From NCBI GenBank assembly GCA_963843685.1, contig CAWJLO010000005.1:790-64789 (forward strand): a stretch of 64,000 nucleotides of DNA. The letters are read 5' to 3'. Of this stretch, positions 57,882-64,000 are shown piece by piece. The DNA is from an uncultured Chloroflexia bacterium (GTDB taxonomy: Bacteria; Chloroflexota; Dehalococcoidia; DSTF01; JACRBR01). The notes below the pieces were generated by a model. That model did not search any database. It was not told the DNA's origin and saw only the letters and a program-made list of their open reading frames with translations. The first letter of the stretch is position 1. Every line of letters starts with the position of its first letter. The position numbers were made by a program, and so were the translations under genes.

Positions 57882-57999
57882 CGCCTGTAACCTACGGGCC
57901 GCCGTCACGGAATGTCAATTCAACCGCGTGGCATGAAGAAACGCGCCCGTCGAGCGCGTCTCCTGTTTCGTCGAACGGCGGCGGAGCGCTAGCCGAGCG

Positions 58000-58347
58000 C
58001 TAGATGCAGGGCGTCTTCATGTACGCCTCGCCCCACTGTTCCAGCTCCATCAGCGCCTCGCCGAGCTGCCGTCCCTTCGGCGTCAGCTCGTACTCCACCC
58101 ACGGCGGCATCACCGCCACGATGTTGCGACTGACGACGTCCAGCGCCTCCAGGTTCTTGAGCCGGTCTCGGAGCGTGCGCGAATTGCAGCCGCCGACGTT
58201 GTGCGAGAGCTCGTTGAAGCGCCGCTTCCCGCTCATCAGCTCGTGGATGATGTGCGGCACCCACTTCTGACCCAGCAGCGCGAGCGTCGCGCGCACCGGG
58301 CAGTACAGGTCGTTGTCGTCCAGGACGAGTTTCCGCTCAAGCACCAT
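58000..58347 (-). CDS. HxlR-family (MarR-like winged helix) transcriptional regulator
   Basis: CPVRATLALLGQKWVPHIIHELMSGKRRFNELSHNVGGCNSRTLRDRLKNLEALDVV. Confidence 0.8.
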   Translation of the reverse strand: MVLERKLVLDDNDLYCPVRATLALLGQKWVPHIIHELMSGKRRFNELSHNVGGCNSRTLRDRLKNLEALDVVSRNIVAVMPPWVEYELTPKGRQLGEALMELEQWGEAYMKTPCI

Positions 58348-58441
58348 CTCACTTGTGTTCTACTTGATCGAACCTGCGCCTGTAAAGCGTCACGACTCCA
58401 GCTTGACGCATGCGCCGTCCGATGCACGTCTCCGCTTCCCG

Positions 58442-58888
58442 CTAACCGAGCGCGGCCAACGCCTTCCTCTGGTCCCGGATCTGGCCGGGTCCGTTGTGCT
58501 CCACGTACCTGATCACGCCGTCCTTGTCGATGACGACCGTCATCCGCTCCGCGATTCCCAACGCCTCGTTCCAGCATCCGTACAGCTGCGCAACCTGCCC
58601 CTTCATGTCGGCAAGAAGGCTGTGCTTCAGCCCCTCCTTCTCCTTGAAGGCCTTGTGCGAATAGATGCTGTCGCGACTGATCCCGAGGATTCTTGCGCCC
58701 TTCCCCTCGAACAGCGAGTAGTCGTCGCGATACGCGCACATCTCCGTCGTGCAGAAGCCGGAGAAATCCAGCGGATAGAACACCAGCACCACCGGCTGCC
58801 CGCGCAGCGACGACAGCTTTACCTCCTGGTTGGCGTCGTCCCGCAGCGTGAAATCCGGCGCTTCCTGGCCCACCTCGACGTCTGCCAT
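58442..58888 (-). CDS. peroxiredoxin (AhpC/TSA family, AhpE/Bcp-like)
   Basis: GGGAGAGGAG lies 7 nt upstream. APDFTLRDDANQEVKLSSLRGQPVVLVFYPLDFSGFCTTE (peroxidatic Cys). Confidence 0.8.
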   Translation of the reverse strand: MADVEVGQEAPDFTLRDDANQEVKLSSLRGQPVVLVFYPLDFSGFCTTEMCAYRDDYSLFEGKGARILGISRDSIYSHKAFKEKEGLKHSLLADMKGQVAQLYGCWNEALGIAERMTVVIDKDGVIRYVEHNGPGQIRDQRKALAALG

Positions 58889-58979
58889 CGCGTTTCGCTC
58901 CTCTCCCATTCTCATGCCCGCCTTATCCGCAGCAAGATCAGCCTAACCCAGGCCGACCTCCTGCACGAGCGCTCCGAGA

Positions 58980-59660
58980 TTACGGATCGAGACCCAGCGC
59001 CGTCCGTTCGATAACGTCGAGCGCCTGCAGCGCCTTTTGCCGCCGCGCGCGCTCGGGAAGCGCGCTGTAGCGGGGCGCATCGCCGGCGAGACCGTCGCTC
59101 ACGAAGACCAGGCGCGAGGCGAACAGTGGGCGCAGTGCGTCCCAGTACGGCCGCTGCAGCCGAGCGACGGCCAGGTTCCGCTCGAAGTTGCGCCGCCGCC
59201 GGGCGGGGTCGCCCTCACGCTGGCGGCGCACGATGGACTCGTCCGGCGTGAGCACCACGATCGCATCGCAGCACCCCAACTCGCCCCGTTCGACGCGCTC
59301 GCGGTACATGGCGACTGTCTCCGAGATCAGCCGCGCACGGTCGAACTCCGGGTGCGTCACGTCGAGGTCGCAGATACCCCAGAGAAGCTGCCCGATCCAC
59401 TCGGTGTCGAAGATTGCAGGCCGAGTCTCGGATACGCCGAGCGCCCGCTTCCAGCGCCGGCACTCGTACTCCAGGAACAGGCGCCGGTTGTGCATCAGCG
59501 CCGCTTCGTCGGCCGGCGGCGCGGCCGGAATCTCGCCCGACCAGTCGGGCGACTCCGCCAATTCGTGGATCACCACGCCGTCCAGCTCGGCCGCCAGCCT
59601 CGCGCACAGCGTCGACTTCCCCGCCGCCGATGCTCCCTGCACGCCGATGATGGGATGCAC
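58980..59660 (-). CDS. P-loop AAA-domain kinase-like protein
   Basis: IIGVQGASAAGKSTLCARLA (Walker A); otherwise uncharacterized. Confidence 0.55.
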   Translation of the reverse strand: MHPIIGVQGASAAGKSTLCARLAAELDGVVIHELAESPDWSGEIPAAPPADEAALMHNRRLFLEYECRRWKRALGVSETRPAIFDTEWIGQLLWGICDLDVTHPEFDRARLISETVAMYRERVERGELGCCDAIVVLTPDESIVRRQREGDPARRRRNFERNLAVARLQRPYWDALRPLFASRLVFVSDGLAGDAPRYSALPERARRQKALQALDVIERTALGLDP

Positions 59661-59795
59661 GAGCCTCTGCTCCCCTTCTTGACCCTGAATCGGGCACCCT
59701 TGATCCTGTCGGTCTATCGTCGGGAGATTCTACAGGAGTAACTTGCTGCATCTGACGCGCACCCCCCCGATCACGACGCACCACCGGATCACGCC

Positions 59796-60326
59796 ATGAC
59801 CGTCGAGTTCGGCGTGGCGCGCGGGATCGACGCGCAGGCGTTCGGCCAGCCCGGCCAGCGCACGTTCCGCCTGCGCATCATCGGCGGCGGCTCCGAGTCG
59901 GCATCGCTCTGGCTCGAAAAGGAGCAGATGCAGGCCCTCAGCCTCGCGCTCAAGCAGATGCTGTCGCAACTCGAGTACGACCAGGACCCGCCCGCCGCCG
60001 ACGCAGGGGAGTTCCCCGTCGTCGCGGAACACGATTTTCGCGTCGGCCGAATGGGCATGGGCTTCAACGCATCCGACCGTACTGTCGTGCTCTACGCGTT
60101 CGAGCTGGGCGTCGACGAGGACGAAGAGGAGCCGACGCTGCGCCTGCGGATGACCCAGGAGCAGTGTGCGTCACTCTCGGTGCAGCTCGACGACATCATC
60201 GCCGGCGGCCGGCCCGTGTGCCCCCTCTGCGGACTGCCGATGGACGCCTCCGGCCACGCCTGCGTCCGCTCGAACGGCCACTCCCGCCAGCCGATTCCCG
60301 AAGAGAGCGACGACGAGGAGAGCTGA
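59796..60326 (+). CDS. DUF3090-family protein
   Basis: A conserved C-terminal RPVCPLCGLPMDASGHACVRSNGH motif and an acidic tail. Confidence 0.55.
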   Translation: MTVEFGVARGIDAQAFGQPGQRTFRLRIIGGGSESASLWLEKEQMQALSLALKQMLSQLEYDQDPPAADAGEFPVVAEHDFRVGRMGMGFNASDRTVVLYAFELGVDEDEEEPTLRLRMTQEQCASLSVQLDDIIAGGRPVCPLCGLPMDASGHACVRSNGHSRQPIPEESDDEES

Positions 60327-60331
60327 CGCCG

Positions 60332-61106
60332 CTACTTCAGTGATCCCGCCAGCACCGTCGCGCCGCCGGGCGCGCCGTCGTCGGCTTGCTGCACATCGAT
60401 GGCCATGCGGTCGAATGCGGACAGCTCCACGTTGAGCGCGGCGATCACCGTGCCGTTCGCGTCCGGCCTCAGCACCACGCCGGTGCTGGCGCTCGCCCCA
60501 CTGAACAGCCACAGCCGGTAGACGAGCCCGGCGGGCGCGGGCGGGAGGTCCGTGACCGCTACCGTTGCGTGACCCCCGGCGCCGGGCGCGGCGATCGCGC
60601 GCACGTCGCGCCCGCCGTACGACGCGCTCATCGTGAACAGCCGCTGGCTGCGCACCAGCGTCTCGATCGCGTCGCGGTTCTTCGCCAGCTCGTCGTCACG
60701 CGGTGCGTTGCGATCCCCCAGCACCACGGCCCAGCCCGTCACGCCGCCCACCAGCCCCAGGATGAACGCCGCGGCCATGCCCAGCGATGCCCAACGCAGC
60801 AACGGGTTCGACGAGTCGCGGTCCATCCGAAACGGTAGCAATCGCCGCGGGCGCTCCGGTTCGACGCCCGTCGCTTGCTCGCCATCAACGCGAGCGGCCG
60901 CCAGCAACCGCAGCCGCGCTTCGCGTCGCGGCGACAGCTCGTCCAGCGCATCCGGCAACGCCAGCAACGTCGCCTGCGTCCGCGCCAGCAGCCCCCGGCA
61001 ACGGGCGCACGCGCGGAGGTGATCGCCCGCCGCCTCCGCCTCGTCGCCGTCGAGCGCGCCGAGTGCGTAGCCGTCGATCAACTCGTCGACGTGCGCCTGC
61101 ATCCTC
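60332..61106 (-). CDS. anti-sigma factor (zinc-finger N-domain, TM segment, RskA-like C-domain)
   Basis: The start (GTG or ATG) overlaps the stop of the sigma gene. HLRACARCRGLLA (ZAS-like), a TM helix, then an RskA-like extracytoplasmic domain. Confidence 0.7.
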
Positions 61107-61692
61107 ACGACGCGACCTCCCGGTCGAGCGACTGCCGTAACCGGGCGAGGCCCAGCCGCACCCTGCTCTTCACCGTGCCCACGGGCGACTTCACGATCTT
61201 CGCGATCTCCACGAACGTGAGCCCCTTGAAGTACGCCAGCTCGATCGCCGCGCGCTGGTCCTCCGGCAAGCGCGACACCGCCCGCCGGATCTCGTCCCGG
61301 CGCAGTCCCCCGTAGACGTCCGCAAAGACGTCGACGTCCGCCGCCAGCATCCACGCCTCGTCCAGCTGCGTCGTCTTCTGGCGGTTGACGGGCCGCCGCA
61401 GCCGGTCGATCGCCCGGTTGTGCACGATCGAGAGCAGCCACGGCCGCGCCAGCCCGACCCGCCCGTCGTACGTGCCGGCGTGCCGCCAGATCGACAGGAA
61501 CGCGTCCTGCACGACCTCTTCCGCTGTCTCCATGTTCGCAAGCATGCGGTACGCCAGCGTGAACGCCCTCCGGCTGTGCCGGTCGTACAACGCCCCCAAC
61601 GCCTCCACGTCTCCACTGGAGATGCCGGCGAGCAACTCCTCGTCCGTCGGCTCGATCTGGCGCGCGTCCAGCATCTGCGGCCTGCTATCCAT
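61105..61692 (-). CDS. ECF (sigma-70 family, group 4) RNA polymerase sigma factor
   Basis: Region 2 (FLSIWRHAGTYDG...LLSIVHNRAIDRLRR) and region 4 (LAYFKGLTFVEIAKIVKSPVGTVKSRV). Confidence 0.8.
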   Translation of the reverse strand: MDSRPQMLDARQIEPTDEELLAGISSGDVEALGALYDRHSRRAFTLAYRMLANMETAEEVVQDAFLSIWRHAGTYDGRVGLARPWLLSIVHNRAIDRLRRPVNRQKTTQLDEAWMLAADVDVFADVYGGLRRDEIRRAVSRLPEDQRAAIELAYFKGLTFVEIAKIVKSPVGTVKSRVRLGLARLRQSLDREVAS

Positions 61693-61859
61693 ACGTCATC
61701 GCGGCCCGGCCCGATCACGCGTGCCAGAAATGCCCGCCCGATCCGGCGCTATGGTTCGACTATGCGCTTCAACACCTCATTTGTGCAATACGTCACAATG
61801 CGTGCCACGCATAGCGCGCAGCACCCCGCCATCTCCAAGCAGGCCTCGGGGTCTCACCG

Positions 61860-62633
61860 ATGACCATGTCCGGCTCGCCTACCGACACCTTCCGGGAGTG
61901 GCACGAAGCGTGTGATATGCTCACTGTAGATTCGAAATCTCGGAAGACAGGCCGTTTGGGAACCCGCTACACCCTGCTCCGGCCCGGATTGACTCCCTAC
62001 CAGGACGCCTGGCAGCTTCAGCGAAGCACGGCCGATCGCGTACGTGAAGGCGCCCCGCCGGCCCTCATCCTCCTCGAGCATCCGCCCGTCTACACGCTCG
62101 GCGTGCGAGGCAACGACGAGCATCTGCTCCTCAGCCAGGAGGCCTACCTCGCCCGCGGCGCCGAAGTCGTTCGCAGCGACCGCGGCGGTGACGTCACCTT
62201 CCACGGCCCCGGCCAGCTTGTCGGCTATCCCGTCATGAACCTCCGTGCGTGGGGCCAGGGCCCCGTCTGGTACGTGCGCGGCCTCGAATCGATCCTCATC
62301 GACGTGCTCGCCCGCTTCGGCATCGCCGGGGCTCGCGCCGAGGGCCGCCCGGGCGTCTGGGTCGGCAGCGAGAAGGTCGCCGCCATCGGTGTCCGCGTCT
62401 CCCGCGGCGTCACGACACACGGCTTCGCCCTCAACGTCAACACGGATCTCTCGTACTTCGCCCACATCGTCCCCTGCGGCCTGCCGGACGCCGGTGTGAC
62501 GTCGATGCAGCGCCTCACCGGCGAGACCTTCGACATGGACGAGGTCGAGCGGGAGACCGCGGCCGCGTTCGAGCGGCAGTTCGGCCTCGAAGAGGCCGTG
62601 CCTGAGATGGCGGAGGTGGCCGGTGGTCGCTGA
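61860..62633 (+). CDS. lipB: lipoyl(octanoyl) transferase
   Basis: LLEHPPVYTLGVRGN...RGGDVTFHGPGQLVGYPV...KVAAIGVRVSRGVTTHGFALNV. The start codon is uncertain (an alternative ATG is at 61917). Confidence 0.8.
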   Translation: MTMSGSPTDTFREWHEACDMLTVDSKSRKTGRLGTRYTLLRPGLTPYQDAWQLQRSTADRVREGAPPALILLEHPPVYTLGVRGNDEHLLLSQEAYLARGAEVVRSDRGGDVTFHGPGQLVGYPVMNLRAWGQGPVWYVRGLESILIDVLARFGIAGARAEGRPGVWVGSEKVAAIGVRVSRGVTTHGFALNVNTDLSYFAHIVPCGLPDAGVTSMQRLTGETFDMDEVERETAAAFERQFGLEEAVPEMAEVAGGR

Positions 62634-63552
62634 AACGCGCCCCGTCCCGCGCAAGCCCGACTGGCTGAAGGTGCGCTTCCCCGGCGGCGAGCGCTACCAG
62701 CGCCTCAAGAACCTCATGCGCGAGCAGCGGCTCAACACCGTGTGCGAGGACGCCCGCTGCCCGAACATCGGTGAGTGCTGGAACGCCGGCACCGCCACGT
62801 TCATGATCCTCGGCGACGTCTGCACCCGCTCCTGCGGCTTCTGCGCCGTCACCACCGGTCGTCCCGGCGAGATCGATGTCATGGAGCCGTACCGGGTCGC
62901 GCAGGCCGTGCGCGCGCTCGGCCTCGACTACGTCGTCATCACGTCGGTCAACCGCGACGACGTCGTCTCCGGCGGCGCCGAGATCTTCGCAGCCTGCATC
63001 AAGGCCATCCGCCAGATGGACCCCGCCGTGCGCGTCGAGGTGCTCATCCCCGACTTCAAGGGCAACTGGGACGCCCTCGCGACCGTCGTCGACGCGCGGC
63101 CGTTCGTGCTGAACCACAACGTCGAGACCGCACCGCGCCTCTACCACCTCGTGCGCCCGCAGGCGCGCTACGAGCGCTCGCTGGAGCTGATCCGCCGTGC
63201 GAAGGACGCCGCGCCCGACATGCTCACGAAGTCCGGCTTCATGGTGGGGCTCGGAGAGACGAAGGACGAGCTCTTCGCCGTCATGCGCGATCTCCGCGAG
63301 CACGGCTGCGACATCGTCACCATCGGCCAATACCTCCGTCCGACCGCCGACCACCTGCCCATCGATCGCTATTACGACCCGTCGGAGTACGAAGCGTTCC
63401 GCGCATACGGCCGCGATCTCGGCTTCACGCACGTCGAGGCCGGCCCGCTCGTGCGGTCCTCGTACCACGCCGAGAAGCAGGCGGCCGATAAGCGGGCCCG
63501 CATCCGAGACGCGCGCGACACGATCCCGCTGGAGCAGGTGCACCGTGGCTGA
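62623..63552 (+). CDS. lipA: lipoyl synthase
   Basis: CEDARCPNIGECWN and CTRSCGFCAV (two Fe-S Cys motifs). It overlaps lipB. Confidence 0.9.
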   Translation: MVAETRPVPRKPDWLKVRFPGGERYQRLKNLMREQRLNTVCEDARCPNIGECWNAGTATFMILGDVCTRSCGFCAVTTGRPGEIDVMEPYRVAQAVRALGLDYVVITSVNRDDVVSGGAEIFAACIKAIRQMDPAVRVEVLIPDFKGNWDALATVVDARPFVLNHNVETAPRLYHLVRPQARYERSLELIRRAKDAAPDMLTKSGFMVGLGETKDELFAVMRDLREHGCDIVTIGQYLRPTADHLPIDRYYDPSEYEAFRAYGRDLGFTHVEAGPLVRSSYHAEKQAADKRARIRDARDTIPLEQVHRG

Positions 63553-64000
63553 GTACGACATCGCCATCATCGGCGGCGGCCCCGGCGGTTACGTGGCGGC
63601 CATCCGCGCCGCCCAGCTCAAGCAGCGCGTCGTCCTGATCGAGAAGGAGCGCGTAGGCGGCCTCTGCCTCAACTGGGGCTGCATCCCCAGCAAGGCGCTG
63701 CTCTGGAACGCCGAGGTCGTCAACCTGGTGCGCGACGGCGACACCTACGGCGTGGCGTTCGACAACGTCCGCTTCGACATGGCGAAGGCCATCGACCGCA
63801 GCCGCGAGATCGTCGACCAGATGGTGAAGGGCGTCGAATTCCTGCTCTCCAAGAACGGCGTAACGGTGATCACGGGCGAGGCCACCTTCGTTTCGCCGAA
63901 ACGGCTGCGCGTCAACGGCGAGACCGTCGACGCGCGCAACGTCATCATCGCCACAGGCGCGCGCCCGCGCACGCTCCCCGGCCTCGAGACCGACGGCGAG
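63545..64000 (+). CDS. lpdA: dihydrolipoyl dehydrogenase (E3), 5' partial; it runs off the window end
   Basis: A GTG start overlaps the lipA stop. VAEYDIAIIGGGPGGYVAAIRAAQL...GGLCLNWGCIPSKALL (redox-active disulfide). Confidence 0.8.
   Translation, partial: MAEYDIAIIGGGPGGYVAAIRAAQLKQRVVLIEKERVGGLCLNWGCIPSKALLWNAEVVNLVRDGDTYGVAFDNVRFDMAKAIDRSREIVDQMVKGVEFLLSKNGVTVITGEATFVSPKRLRVNGETVDARNVIIATGARPRTLPGLETDGE

Noticed and set aside
1-64000. CRISPR arrays, IS elements, restriction-modification or toxin-antitoxin systems
   Set aside because: No short spaced direct repeats, transposase-like ORFs, terminal inverted repeats, methyltransferase or nuclease pairs, or small toxin/antitoxin couples were found. 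The zeta-toxin-like P-loop domain at 18841..20457 is fused to an APH domain and lacks an epsilon antitoxin partner.

Overview
This is a 64 kb high-GC (about 70%) chromosomal window with a Terrabacteria/Chloroflexi-like gene layout. That assignment rests on the rnc-smc-ftsY and yabE-ksgA-ispE orders, a Bacillus-type long SRP RNA, and the Chlor_Arch_YYY / TIGR03663 membrane-protein pair. At the left edge a tmRNA gene (ssrA, minus strand, 96..449) is overlapped at its 3' end by the last 38 codons of a plus-strand integrase-like ORF; this looks like the attL side of an element inserted into ssrA, with the element itself left of the window. ssrA is followed by smpB, an S41 C-terminal protease, a GGDEF cyclase and a J-domain membrane protein. 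The core metabolism genes are korAB (2-oxoacid:ferredoxin oxidoreductase) flanked by CBS-domain proteins, glcDEF, a bifunctional APH-like/P-loop kinase, a PfkB kinase, moeA, acyP, fmt, nuoEF-like flavoprotein genes, rnc-smc-ftsY, cca, an exonuclease-domain DinG, ksgA-ispE, nitrilase, HhH-GPD glycosylase, rhodanese, a hotdog-fold trio, HxlR plus peroxiredoxin, ECF sigma/anti-sigma and lipB-lipA-lpdA. Three RNA elements sit in gaps with no ORF: tmRNA, a 267-nt Bacillus-type SRP RNA (53128..53394, minus) with its own promoter, and a candidate Mn2+ (yybP-ykoY) riboswitch with an intrinsic terminator directly upstream of a CaCA-family cation antiporter. The most unusual observation is a 14-kb block (about 22.8 to 36.7 kb) in which five otherwise well-conserved genes (moeA, fmt, nuoF-like, an FAD oxidoreductase, the YYY membrane protein) each carry one to three single-base frameshifts, while the flanking 50 kb is clean. 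That same block holds a conserved membrane glycosylation-like cluster (YYY, GT-C-like membrane protein with a C-terminal NHL propeller, UPF0104 flippase-like protein, FAD oxidoreductase) translationally coupled to nuoE-nuoF. No CRISPR array, restriction system or IS element was seen.
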